Assembly: GCA_032718475.1 (NCBI GenBank)
Contig: JAUCBJ010004480.1
Span: 8,576 to 72,575 of the forward strand
Reading direction: 5' to 3'
DNA: 64,000 bases
DNA from: Nemertoderma westbladi
Lineage: Eukaryota > Animalia > Xenacoelomorpha
In this document: positions 12,771 through 25,759 of the stretch, piece by piece
How positions within the stretch are numbered: the first letter of the stretch is position 1
Layout: the number at the start of each line of letters is the position of its first letter
Position numbers and translations under genes: made by a program
Notes under the pieces: model-generated
The model's database searches: none
The model's input: only the letters and a program-made list of their open reading frames with translations
What the model was told of the DNA's origin: nothing

Positions 12771-13849
12771 TTAAAAAATACAACTATCGGGCAACTTGTA
12801 ACTGGGCGATCATCTATCTGATAGTTGAAAAAGACTGTCTGACAGTTGGTATCAGACTATCTGATAGTTAGCGCCCCATGGGTAAATCCTTACCCCATGG
12901 GCTGTTACCTCTCTGACTGACAGCGCAACAGCCCCTATAGCTGAATGTACTTCGAATGTCACTTGACCCACATAATATAGGTGGGGTGGAGGAATGGAAA
13001 TACAACCTGCCCTTGGTAGTAGAAGTAGTAGTGGACAACCACGGGTGCTGCTGTTTTTTATTCATTTAATGTAAATCAATTAAATCCAGTTTTTATGGCA
13101 GTCCCTCTTGGGCCATTACTGTAGAAGGCACCTGATCCCTTGATGCCTAGAATTGCCAAAACCATGTACTGCACTGCAGGCACTGCCGATGAGATTTACC
13201 GTCCACTGTTATTGCAGTACTGATGGTTGTCCTTGTCAGCCCTTTCAGCCATATTCCTGAACCATTGACATTCCATAATCGGTTAATTAATAATGATATT
13301 GATGATCTATTTAACCATTTAAAATTATTTAAAATCAATTTACTTAGATTCTTAGTAAATCTTATCTTATCCCCATTCTGTGTCAGACCTTCATACTGGT
13401 GTTTTGGACCTTAGTCTTGAGTTCTAGAAGGTATTTTGTTAGTACTAATAATCCTTGGGGTCTACTGTCCGTAGGGATATCATCATTACTATGGGATAAA
13501 CGGGTAAAAATGGATATCCCCTGGGGGGGGGGGTGGTCTGATAAAGCTGCGCGTAGGCCCCACGTCGTTTAGTTCATATGTCCTGGCGGATTAGAGTGTG
13601 AATATTTCCCTGCTCAAAGATTGGATTTAAGGAGATCTCTGGTGGGAGAAGTTGCTGTTTACCCTTCATATGTATAGTATACCTGATGATGTCAATGCTT
13701 TTAGGATATGGGTTTAGTATAGAGGTACTCAGGTACTGTAATTGAAAGTCCCTGTGGATTATAATAAACATAATCCTCCCATTTCATTCCACTCTTGTCA
13801 ATTATTCATAATTTTTTTAAGTGACGCTTAGCATTGACTTTCGAAGTGT

Positions 13850-14380
13850 TCAATTCAACTGTGTTGCTACGGTAACTATATAATTACTTGTAAATTTCCA
13901 TGAATTATGAATGGCATTCTTGTTGAATCTACTGTACTCTAATACTGTATGTAGCCTTGTGTGAGCCAAATTGGCCGATATATAACCAGAGGTGACAGTT
14001 TGCCTTGTTAGGGCTGAGCTATCACGATAAAATGCGTGAGATTGATAGTCAAAGTCCAAGTAATATCTTATTCAGAATGTTGATGCATGCTTCCTGCGAT
14101 GTCAAACCTGTCAGCCTGTGACAATGCCAAGGAAACTTAATTGGTTGTCTTTGCTTTGAATCGAATGGCCATAAAAATTTTCTTTTAAAGCAAATTATCA
14201 TTGGGAGGGGTGGGCGGGGGGGGGGGGGGGGTATTAGTATTGATTGATGTATTTATCATCTAGGAGGCATCGGCCACCGCCACTGTAACTGGAAACAATC
14301 GTCATCAGCCATGTAAATCACTAATCATCTACATACTATAGGCTCTACTGCCCAGATGTAGCGATGATCTTCGGTGAAGG
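13850..14380 (-). mobile_element. Possible highly decayed Penelope-like RT remnant
   Basis: Frameshifted minus-strand traces LGS..(I)SDL, LDD..SIN, LSFLG and DFDYQ...GYIS resemble PLE RT motifs in order. Weak. Confidence 0.3.
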
Positions 14381-14954
14381 TATAATTTTGGATGCATTTG
14401 ATACCCTTTATAGTATATTTAAAACAAAACCTCTATCGAATTCAGAATTTTTTAAACCAAATCCTGGATCAAGAATTTTAAGTAGCAAAAGTGTTCTACT
14501 GGTCTACACGACTAACAAAGCTATCCAACGACTGAACTCACTGACAATCGACGAAAGTTAGGGGGTTATAAATTTAAAAGTACTTCCAAGGTACTTCCAG
14601 GCAATCTGCCCTTTCTGCAGCATAACCAAAAATGAACATAGGGGCTGCCTATTCTAGGCTGATGAGTGCTCTTTTACACACCACCTTAAAACCCAGACTA
14701 TTCGACTATTCGTGGTTTTCCTCTACATCTAAAGCATATGTTCGTTGTATTTCAACCATATTATATATAAACCGATTCCATATCCCACTGACTTTGACTT
14801 GCCCACTCTATAATCTACATATTATATAATATAAAATTTATGAATAAAATTGTGACGAAACCAAGATCAACAACGTTTTTATAAAAATATAACAAATTAC
14901 ACAAACTTTCGAAATAATATGAGATCTCTTTTTCAGGTTATTTATAATAAAATA

Positions 14955-15900
14955 AAATAAATATATATTATATTTTTATTTATTTAATTATTTAATATTA
15001 TATTATATTTTTATTTATTTATTTATTTAATTATTTAATATTATATTATATTTTTATTTAATTATTTAATATTATATTATATTTTTATTTAATTAATTAT
15101 TTAATATTATATTATATTTTTATTTATTTAATTATTTAATATTATATTATATTTTTATTTATTTAATTATTTAATATTATATTATATTTTTATTTATTTA
15201 ATTATTTAATATCATATTATATTTTTATTTATTTAATTATTTAATATTATATTATATTTGTATTTATTTAATTATTTTCATATTCATATATATTCATATT
15301 CAACACCAAGGGATGAGGGAAAGGGGCCTCGCGTGTGCTTTGGGGGGTGTCCGGCGGCGCCTTCAATTCGCCCTCCTCCGGTCCAGTTCCCTCTGCCTCC
15401 GAGGCGGACGACGATCATGGCGCGGTTTGGGGTTCGGGGATGGTGCGGGTCTGCGAGGTCACGACATCCCCGCGCAGTATTGACCGGCTGCTTCGGCTCT
15501 TCATCAACAACGCATCGGCTCTTAACTTCAAGAAACAACTGGACGCGCTCTACACAACTGTATAAATAAATATTACTATTACTCTATAAATATTAACTCA
15601 ACATCAATTTGCAATATTTATTGTTAACTATTATTGGTATTGGCATTGCAATTAAATGCTATTATAATTAATATTAATAAAGGTTATTTGTTATAAAAAA
15701 AAATTATTTAATATTATATTATATTTTTATTTATTTAATTATTTAATATTATATTATATTTTTATTTATTTAATTATTTAATATTATATTATATTTTTAT
15801 TTATTTAATTATTTAATATTATATTATATTTTTATTTATTTAATTATTTAATATTATATTATATTTTTATTTATTTAATTATTTAATATTATATTATTTC
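14955..15900. repeat. 35-bp pure-AT minisatellite in two blocks (about 14955-15280 and 15703-15900) interrupted by a GC-rich insert
   Basis: Unit ttatttaatattatattatatttttatttatttaa; period of 35 read directly (15721 vs 15756). Confidence 0.9.
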
Positions 15901-16508
15901 TAATGCTAGTATAATATGTTATAGTTTTATAGTAACCTGGTTGAATAAATTGAATAAAATAAAATAACTTTGTTTCCTCACAATTTTCTTAATATATTTA
16001 ATTATTGTAACCGGATCCTACATACATCCCAACGGCTTTGACTTGCCCAATTTATAGTCTATAAATATAATATATATATATTTTTTTTATTTTATATTTG
16101 TAAGCGTAAAATAATAAATAAATAAAATATTATTTTAAATAAACCTAGATCGACCTCAGAAAAAATTCATATATTACTTCATATATCCAAATTCATATAT
16201 TTTATTTTATATATTATATATATATATAATAACGTATGACTTATTAAATAAAGTCATATGTTGTTTCCCGTCAAAATATAATTAATATATACGGTTGTCA
16301 TCAAGCAGCATCGTATTTCACACAAGCTCGAGTTACACTGCTAAATACGCGTCAGAGAAAGACTAAAGTCGATTCGAGAAACTGAAGTGAAATTTTATTT
16401 TACACCAATATGTCATTTTATATTAACGTGTTGACGCTTTCGTGTCATATATTCACATATATCACATACTGTATATGTCATATTTACATACAGTAGTACA
16501 GTCATGTT

Positions 16509-16737
16509 CGGATGTAGGACAATTCGGTCCCGGACAATTCGGTCCCGGACAATTCGGTCCCGGACAATTCGGTCCCGGACAATTCGGTCCCGGACAATTC
16601 GGTCCCGGACAATTCGGTCCCAAAACACTAAATAAATGGGACCGAATTGTCCGGGACCGAATTGTCCGGGACCGAATTGTCCTAGGACCGAATTGTCCTA
16701 GGACCGAATTGTCCGGGACCGAATTGTCCTGCTTCCG
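16509..16737. mobile_element. Foldback-type MITE with inverted 15-bp tandem arms and a target-site duplication
   Basis: Seven copies of ggacaattcggtccc, a short spacer, then six reverse-complement copies. Termini are cggatgtaggac / gtcctgcttccg, and tcatgtt is duplicated on both sides (16502-16508, 16738-16744). Confidence 0.85.
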
Positions 16738-17084
16738 TCATGTTAATACTGCCGAACCGGTACCAGGAGCTGCATACCCATAAATCATGTGCAGAATACT
16801 GAAACAAACAAACCCGTATGATCATGTTAAATATTTATTGGACTGAGCGCTCCCATTGACTCTACCGGCACGGGTAAGTAGAGAGTGCATGACACCATGT
16901 AGACAGCATGAGACTAGAATAAAGTGTTATCACGATGAAATATAAAGTACTGCGTGCATTACTCAGGATTTATTTTCCATTATTTCACTCTGTTGTTGCT
17001 GACTTGAAAATCTATAATAAGTATTAGCCAAATAACTAATATATAAAATTTACATTCTGGTATGTTTTGACATCTTTGTCAAAA

Positions 17085-17925
17085 CACAATGTCAAAGTCA
17101 TTGCTGGTGACATGAATGCGCAAATTGGCCCAGAAAACATCAGGGTTTACCTATAACACCAGTTGAATGTGGAAGAATGTGAATTGATACCAACAAACAC
17201 GACATTCACTTTCAATTCTATTCTATGGACCTATCAATACCCTAATGTAACCAAAGCGCAGCTGGATTACATTCTTATACACAAAAAGGGACACAAATAG
17301 GGGAAACGACATGATTAACTGCCAGGCATACAGCTCGTTCAACCTAAATGGTTCTGACCACAGAATCGTGACTGTAGAGATCAGACTCAGTTTGAGAGCC
17401 AGCAAACCCAGGACAAGCAAGCAAATCAACTATGACTGGGAGAAACTCAGAACTGACAATGCAGTAAAGGATGCTTACACAGTAGAAGTTCAAAACCGCT
17501 TTAAAGTACTTCAGTCAAGTCGATGAAGACCAGTCTACCAGTCTACTTATAATAAAAGCCCAGAAGGAATAAGGGCCAACAACGATAAACATCAACAAGG
17601 TTGAGTAAGCCAAGGAAGATCTTAAAGTGGCCTACAACATCGCCAGGAGAAGTACATACAGGATAAAATTTGAGAAATTACAACTGCTCACAAACGGCAA
17701 CAATCAAGGAGACTTACGTGGCAATCTGTGAGGTATCTGGCCGGAAAACTTGTGCTAATGGGCGCCTCAAAGCTGATACACCAAACGTATCTACTTTTCT
17801 GGCAACCAAGACATGAAAAGGCCGACCGGTTATAACATATATAGACCAATTTAAAGTGATCTGAATTGAAACGAAATTGCGACAACTATGGAGAATCGGG
17901 AATCCTGGAAGGATCTCATTTCCAC
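17085..17925 (+). mobile_element. Internally deleted RTE-like LINE (endonuclease end, linker, extreme RT C-terminus)
   Basis: APE motifs IAGDMNAQIG, AQLDYIL and SDHRIV. 17570-17790 and 17800-17925 resemble the reverse complement of about 25560-25340 and 23900-23750, with the RT core missing. Confidence 0.8.
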
Positions 17926-19289
17926 TACCGTACCTGACTGGGATACATGCTTTAAAAATATGGACACCTTTTGTCCAAGTTTAATCTATGAGGATAATGT
18001 GCGACATTAGTGCTCCATAACCTATCAACTACTACCTTGTTTAATTGAAATAACCATACTAATTACTGCCACTGAGTGAGACTGGATTGACTAATCTGTC
18101 AACTGCTCTGTTAATTTACATAATAAGAAATTGTATTGTGTCAATAACAATCTAACAACCTGTAAAAGGAAAGATTTGCACTAAGTAATGTTTTAAGGTG
18201 TTAATTGTAAAAATATTTCGCGTTTTGTTAAGTAACCTTCAATAATAATTCTTATGAAATGCCTTTTAAAGGCCGTTGCGTTGTAGACCAATGTATTACT
18301 TATTCCTACTACTGAAACTCATACTCACACATGATAAAATATGCTACCCTGTTTTCTGATTGTAGTTACATGGTTTCTTTGTTGTTAATGTAAATTTGCT
18401 TTGATAAATATCCCTTATTGACAAACAACGGTATGGGGTAGCAATTATGTTAAATTGGATATCGACCACTATTTACACCATTAGGATAGCCTGACATTTG
18501 TGTAAAGTAATAGCAGCTAGCGTTGGCGTCTTCGTTGCTTAGCAATAATAAAATATGCTATCAAAAATAATGTCATCATTAATCAAATATTTACGAGGGC
18601 TTCTGAAGGGTTTCTTACGGCCTGTGGATTAAGTAGATTTCTAGTAAGACGCAGGTGGTTTGATCCAAGGAGCTATTAGTGCGTATGCGCTCTCGCATAC
18701 TTACTGTTCAATATGGATACCATTATTAAATAACCACATAATTTCTTAAAGTGCCCTTCTTTAAATGTCAACAAAACCATGTCATTTTCTTCAGGTGCAA
18801 ATTCATGGATATTTTGTTAATATCTGTAATATTATTGATTCATCGCATCTCATATGGACTCGTTCCACCAAAACGATACACAATAACAATGTAAATATTC
18901 CTATCATGCCAAAATATATATTTATTACAATATACGATACGCGATAATAACAACATTTACAGAAATATTGAAATATAAAAAAAGTGTTGTAAATAATTGT
19001 CAACGGTTGATCGAAATTATAGACGGGTTTGATATTTGGAATCAGAAACGAATAGAAAAATACATTGTTTCAAAAGTCAAATTATAAAATCACTAGTTTG
19101 TTAAATATGCTGAATACTTGAGGAAATTTGCCCAAGAACGTTAATTTGAAAGTTATTTGTGTATTTAGGACAGGAAGTTGGTGAAATTGGTGTACTTTGT
19201 AAAATTTTATACCTCATATATTCAAACTTTCTCAATTAAATAGAAATCAATTAAAAGTGACCATTGATTATTACCATTGATCATCAATC

Positions 19290-19515
19290 ACTAGAGGGAG
19301 CCCAACGGCTCCTCAGCTCATTAGAACAGACTGCTTCTAGTTTTGGTCTTTTTGTTAACTCCAAGAAGACCAACATTTTTACAGTTAATTTTGATAGTCC
19401 TCAGCAAATCTTCTGATCGGATGCGCATAAGATCAAAGGATGGTATGCTTGAGCATGTGGACGACTTCTGTTACCTGGGATCATGGATCCGGAAGTCAGG
19501 TGAGGACCTTCGAAT
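19290..19515 (+). mobile_element. RTE-like RT fragment
   Basis: GL.VNSKKT ... LEHVDDFCYLGSWI...EDLRI, homologous to GLHINATKT...KVDDFQYLGSWI in the 23730-24581 ORF. Confidence 0.7.
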
Positions 19516-19964
19516 ACTTCGGATTTTTAATCGAATTTTCCCCGAGAATTTTTAAGGGAAGCACTATTTTTCTGATGCCAAATCGGTCTAAACTCACTTT
19601 GCAAAAAAAAATTTTGATTTCGAAAAATTCTAAGCGGGCCTCACGACACTTGAAAATTTCACATTTTTGGGAAGGCAATGCCAGTTTTGAAAATTCCAGA
19701 TATTTTGTATTTTTGATAAAAGTTAAAGAAGATGCAAATATATAATATCAAATAGGTTGGAAACAAACACAAAATGTGAAATTGTGATTTTCATATAAAT
19801 CTACCACAGCCTCATGGCCTTTAAAATTTTGCAAAATTTGCAAAATTTCACCCAAAAAATACAGCAAACCTACTCCGTAGCCTCTATAGTTGAAACGATT
19901 TACTGGGGTTTGGAGTTCTTCCTGAGTGAAATCTGCTGACTGACTGACTGATCGACCTAGCGGT

Positions 19965-20240
19965 TATCTTCCACAGTAAACCCTTCTAATCTGTCTCCTG
20001 TTCACCACCATGGCTGATCTTCCACAGTAAACCCTTCCACTCTGTTTCCTAAAGGAATGCCTGTTCACCACACCATGGGTGATATTCCATAGTAAACCCT
20101 TCCATTCTGTTTCCTAAAGGAATGCCTGTTCACCACCATGGGTAATCTTCCACAGTAAACCCTTCCACTCTGTTTCCCAAACGATTGCCTGTTCACCACC
20201 ATGGGTGATCTTCCATAATAAACCCTTTACTCTGTTTTTC
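19965..20240 (+). repeat. Tandem repeat, ~62-bp unit, about 4.5 copies
   Basis: Repeated gatcttccacagtaaacccttccactctgtttcctaaaggaatgcctgttcaccaccatgggt. Confidence 0.85.
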
Positions 20241-20599
20241 ACTCGGTTCTCATTTATCGACCAGAAAGAGATGAAAGTGGTAAAGCTAGTCTGCAGCATT
20301 TAAAGTCCCGTGCCAAAACAGTAAAAAAAAATGCAACGTCCAGGAGCCTGGAGCCGAACTTGGAGTCGAACCTGGAGCCTCCTGAATGAAACCCCAGATT
20401 TTTAACACTAAATCAAGCTGCTGCTTAGTCTATGAATTTAATATGAAAATATGAATAATATAATTTCTAATTGTAGGCCTCCTCTAACTGAAACTACTTG
20501 AGTATAAATATAAATGTAAACTACAACTACAGTAAAATATGTGACGATGAGAGGATGAGGAAATCTGATAAAGTTGGGGGAAAGTATCCTGCATATAAT

Positions 20600-20759
20600 G
20601 ACAGGGGCGATAAAGGACCAGGGGCGATAAAGACTCGGGGGCGATAAAGACCCAGGGGCGATAAGTTCCTAAAAACTCAGAACTGGGGGGCGATAAGTTC
20701 CCAACAAAAATACAATTTATTCGGGCTATAACGTTCCAGGGGCGATAAGGTCCTGCTTC
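20600..20759 (+). repeat. ggggcgataa tandem array, probable arm of a foldback/MITE element
   Basis: About 7 copies of ggggcgataa. It ends in gtcctgcttc, the same terminus as the 16509-16737 element. Confidence 0.6.
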
Positions 20760-20990
20760 GGCTTTTCAGGACATTGATTGCCGTGAAGACCAGCCTGTTC
20801 ACATTCTTGTGCTTTGGCAGTCCCATGGAGAAAACTAGTTGGTGGACAGCCCATGACATTTGTGACACGGCTCTTAAAGGACACTAACTGGCCTTGAAGA
20901 TGCGGATAGTCTCGCGAAAGTCATGAGGGGTCGGGGTAGGGAGTTGTGGCGGTGAAACTATGTTGATAAGCCGGCATAGCATTTTTAATG
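20756..20990 (+). mobile_element. Decayed second copy of the RTE-like family at 1-516 (3' end)
   Basis: Colinear similarity with 250-480, for example cagcctgttcacattcttgtgctttggcag, tggacagcccatgac and ggccttgaagatgcgga. Confidence 0.8.
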
Positions 20991-23720
20991 CACGCTGCAT
21001 TGGACTTGCCAATTATGGATGGCATGGTGGTGACACATGGATAAAACTATGAGTCCGTAACGGACCGGTAGAGGCTACTTACTTTTTATCTTGGTAGGAT
21101 ACAGTACACTACCGGCACTGGCACTTAACGGGACCTGCAGCCCTATCCGGTAGAGTTACATGTTACACAAGTTTATTATGCATTAAGCTGAGTGCTGAGA
21201 GCTTTTACTATTTAATATATTATATTCGATCTAAGGTTATTAATATATTCTCGGTTGCGAAACATAACAATAATATTATGTTTTATTCCGAACGTTTTAA
21301 AATTTACGTTTTAGTTTTTTTTGGAGGCGCGGATATTAATTAAATAGGTCTACAATGTGAGTAAATCATTAAACCCACTTTAATAATTGAACATCTTTAG
21401 GCCGATTATGAATTTCATTATAATAAATTCTAATCATTTCACATGGCTTATGTTGGTGCCGAGCGTATTGTTGATGTGGAGATTAAATTTCAAATTTGGA
21501 AGAACGCGATAGCGTTGTAGTTGTTACTAATAGCATTCATATATTTATTATTTTATACTTTGATTGTCAAGCTGAATTAAAAACCTTACCGGTAGGTATG
21601 CAAGTACAGTACGATATAAATACTAAAATAAAAAAGCAACTGACCATTAGACGTTGCATGCAATCAGTGATCAGCGATCAGTGAATAATTGTATTAACTC
21701 AAGCATTTAATTATTAACATGTATTTATTCTATATGACGCGCATATATATATATGCAATGATCCCCCCCCCCCCCCCCCCCCCCCTGTCTCCCGTGATAT
21801 AATTCACTGCCAATGAGGACAATATTTATTGACATCAATCTAACATTATTTGATCCACACACAGTTACGCCTTGGTTATTAAACTTTTCTACACTCCATC
21901 TCCAGGGAAGTAGCACTGGCGATGGAGTATATGATTTTTCTGGCATGTAGGGCCTATGCTGCAATGCAAGCCGTGTTGATGGTAAGTTTTCGCAATAAGA
22001 TAAATCCATCACCAATGGTGATGGAATATACAAGGACATATGGGTATTGTTTCAATTGGGATCAGAAACTAATTATATTTAACCGAACACATTGCACACT
22101 GTACAGGTCAATATATCCTACAGTAGATAAAATAAACCAATAAAATGTCGAAATACATTTAAAATACCGGTTAAATTTTATAGAATATAAGAATGACAAT
22201 TATAAAGTTATTTATTTCAGTATGTGTATCTAAGTTCTCCGAAACTCAGAAGCCATGACTTACCACAGGCCTAATATCTTAACATATTATCTTGATATAT
22301 ATTTATGTCCATTATCAATTTCTTTGATGAAACAGATTTTTGTCATCGTAGAGAACTCTCATGATTTCAAATCTTATAACTGTTCAACGTTAAGATTATA
22401 ATCGGCTTTATACTATTGTATTAGTGTCTATTGTATTAGCTATTAACTATTGTATTAGCTATTAACTATTGTATTAGCTATTAACTATTGTATTAGCTAT
22501 TAACTATTGTATTAGTGTCTATTGTATTAGCTATTAACTATTGTATTAGTTTCTATTGTTATCGTTTACATATTTTTTACCATAACTAAAAACTACTATA
22601 ATGATAATTACTTACTTACTTAGTTCCTGGACTACATACGTATATATTGACATTATTGTGCTTTGTATTACATACGTAATCTATACCACCTTTAGGGGTG
22701 TGTATGAATATACAATTATTATTATTAGCTATTAACTATTGTATTAGTGTCTATTGTATTAGCTATTAACTATTGTATTAGAGTCTATTGTATTAGCTAT
22801 TAACTATTGTATTAGTGTCTAGTGTATTAGCTATTAACTATTGTATTAGTGTCTATTGTATTAGCTATTAACTATTTTATTAGCTATTAACTATTGTATT
22901 AGCTATTAACTATTGTATTAGCTATTAACTATTGTATTAGTGTCTATTGTATTAGCTATTAACTATTGTATTAGTGTCTAGTGTATTAGCTATTAACTAT
23001 TGTATTAGTGTCTAGTGTATTAGCTATTAACTATTGTATTAGTGTCTATTGTATTAGCTATTAACTATTGTATTAGTGTCTATTGTATTAGCTATTAACT
23101 ATTGTATTAGCTATTAACTATTGTTTTAGTGTCTATTGTATTAGCTATTAACTATTGTATTAGTTACTATTGTATTAGCTATTAACTATTGTATTGGTGT
23201 CTATTGTATTAGCTATTAACTAATGTATTAGCTATTAACTAATGTATTAGCTATTACTATTGTATTAGCTATTAACTATTGTATTAGTGTCTATTGTATT
23301 AGCTATTAACTATTGTATTAGTTACTATTGTATTAGCTATTAACTATTGTATTGGTGTCTATTGTATTAGCTATTAACTAATGTATTAGCTATTACTATT
23401 GTATTAGCTATTAACTATTGTATTAGTGTCTATTGTATTAGCTATTAACTATTGTATTAGTTACTATTGTATTAGCTATTAACTATTGTATTGGTGTCTA
23501 TTGTATTAGCTATTAACTAATGTATTAGCTATTACTATTGTATTAGCTATTAGCTATTAACTATTGTATTAGCTATTAACTATTGTATTATCTATTAACT
23601 ATTGTATTAGCTTTTAACTATTGTATTAGCTATTAACTATTGTATTAGCTATTAACTATTGTATTAGCTATTAACTATTGTATTAGCTTTTAACTATTGT
23701 ATTAGCTATTAACTATTGTA

Positions 23721-25630
23721 CTACTACTACTAGGTCGAGCGAACTCGGACAGTGGAAATGAGATCCTTCCAGGCTTCCCGATTCTCCATAGTTGTCGCAA
23801 TTTCGTTTCTCCCAAGTTCAGTATCCCTTTCAAGTTGATCTATATATGTTATGGCCGGTCGTCCACGACTACGCTTTCCATGAGTTGGTTGCCAGAGAAG
23901 TAGATCTGGTATGACCTCGTCTTTACTTCGCCAGCAGTGCCCACTGAATCTTAATCTGCGTTCACGGAGGGTGGTTGATACAGGTGGTATTGTACCATAA
24001 AGCTCGGCGTTTGTCATGTGTTGTCTCCAGCTGATGTTTAGGGCTGCCCTTAGTAGTCTTGTGTAGCAACCATCAATTCGTTGTTCAAGTGATTTAGTCA
24101 GTGTCCAGGTCTCACCCCCATATAAAAATACACTTTCCACTGTGGCTCGAAAGAACTTAGTCTTCAGGTGCCTGGAGAGATCTGATTTCCAGATGGTATC
24201 CATTTTTGATAGAGCTACCCAAGCCTTTGCTTTCCTAACTTCTATGTCCTTTTTGCTACTCTCTATCCATGATCCAAGGTACTGGAAGTCATCGACCTTC
24301 CTTAGGTGATTATTATCAATGGTTGTCAAGATTCCATCAACATTAAAGGTCATGAATTCGGTCTTTGTAGCATTTATATGCAATCCAACCTCCTTAGCAG
24401 CCCTCTCCACTTTATTTAGTAGAAGCTGTGCATCTGCTAGCGTATTAGAGAGCAGGGCGATGTCATCCGCAAAGTCGGTGTCTGTGACTGTAGTTGCCGG
24501 ATATCTACTACTTCTGCGTTCTTGAAGTGTGAATCCCAGATCTTCACCCTTTGTGGCCGTCCTCATTGCGTAATCCAGCACAATTACAAATAGTAATGGT
24601 GCTAATGTGTCACCTTGCAGTACGCCAGCCAGGATTGAGAAAAACTAAGTTTCACCATCTGGTGAGAGTACCTGCGCTTCTGTGTCACAATATAGCAATC
24701 CAATGCCAGCAACAATTACTTCTGGTATTCCATAAGCTCTTAGGATTTCAAGCATTTTACCTCTATGGATGGAGTCGAATGCCTTCTTGAAGTCCACAAA
24801 AGTCATGACTGCGGGGAGATTCTTTGACTTGATTCCTTCAATCAGTCTCCGTAGTGCAAGTATCTGAGCTATTGTTGATCTACTTGGTCGAAATCCGTTT
24901 TGGCTCTTACGCAGTAGTTTCTCTATGTGAGGCCCAATCCTATATAGAATCATTTTATTGTATATTTTGGCAGCTACCACAAGCAGACAGATCCCACGAT
25001 AGTTTGTTGGTATGCCGAGGTCTCCTTTCTTGGGGAGAGGCTTTAGTTGACCTTTAGTCCAAATTGGTGGTGGCTTTTCCCCTTTTAACATCCGGTTGCA
25101 AACATTCAATAATGGTCTATTTAGCACTCCGGTTTTCCATACCTCCGCTGGGATTTCATCTAATCCACTCGCTTTATTATTGGACATGCTTTTAATGCTT
25201 CTTTGGAGTTCGGCAGGTGTGAAGTCCCCTGTTTCTATAGGTAGTGTCTTGTCATATATTTTCCTTATAGGGCTGACCTCGATGTTTGGTGGCTGCCCAA
25301 GCAAGTTGCTGAAGTGATTTTTCCACTTCCCAACACGTTCTTCAGGACTATCGGCTTTGAGGTGCCCCTTTGCACAACTTTTCCGACCAGATACCTCATT
25401 TACAGTTTGCCAGGTAAGTCTTGATTGTTGCTGTATGTGAGCAGTTGTAATTGCTTCAGTTTTATCCTGTATGTACTTTTCCTGGCTGATGTTGTAGGCC
25501 AATTTAAGATCGTCCTTAGCTTTCTCAACCTTGTTAATGTTTTCGGTTGTTGGTTGTTCGGTTTTAACTTTGTAGGCTATCTTAAGATCTTCTCTCTTAC
25601 AAGTAACCTCAGAGTTTTGCCATGGCACAT
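23721..25630 (-). mobile_element. 5'-truncated RTE-like LINE, RT domain in one frame with a single in-frame TAG, (TAG)n tail
   Basis: ORFs 25628-24645 and 24581-23730 share a frame (DGET*FFSILAGVLQGDTLAP). Motifs NYRGI, QNGFR, DFKKAFDS, QGD, FADD, YLGS and RLRFSGHCWR; 3' tail tagtagtagtag. Confidence 0.93.
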
Positions 25631-25759
25631 ACTGTTTTCTATTGTATTATTGTATTCTATTATTCTATTGTATTATTCTATTGTATTATTCTATTGTATT
25701 ATTGTACTGTTTTCTATTAACTATTGTATTAGCTATTAACTATTGACTATTAACAATAT

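Larger units (their letters stand above)
10082..12930. mobile_element. Putative non-autonomous DNA transposon bounded by ~56-bp inverted repeats
   Basis: 10082-10137 and 12875-12930 are reverse complements (tgttgcgctgtcagtcagagaggtaacagcc..ggggtaaggatttacc) with about 4 mismatches. No transposase or clear target-site duplication is seen. Confidence 0.45.

Noticed and set aside
16413-16783. GPGQF and DRIVR repeat-protein ORFs
   Set aside because: Translation of the 15-bp arms of a foldback MITE.
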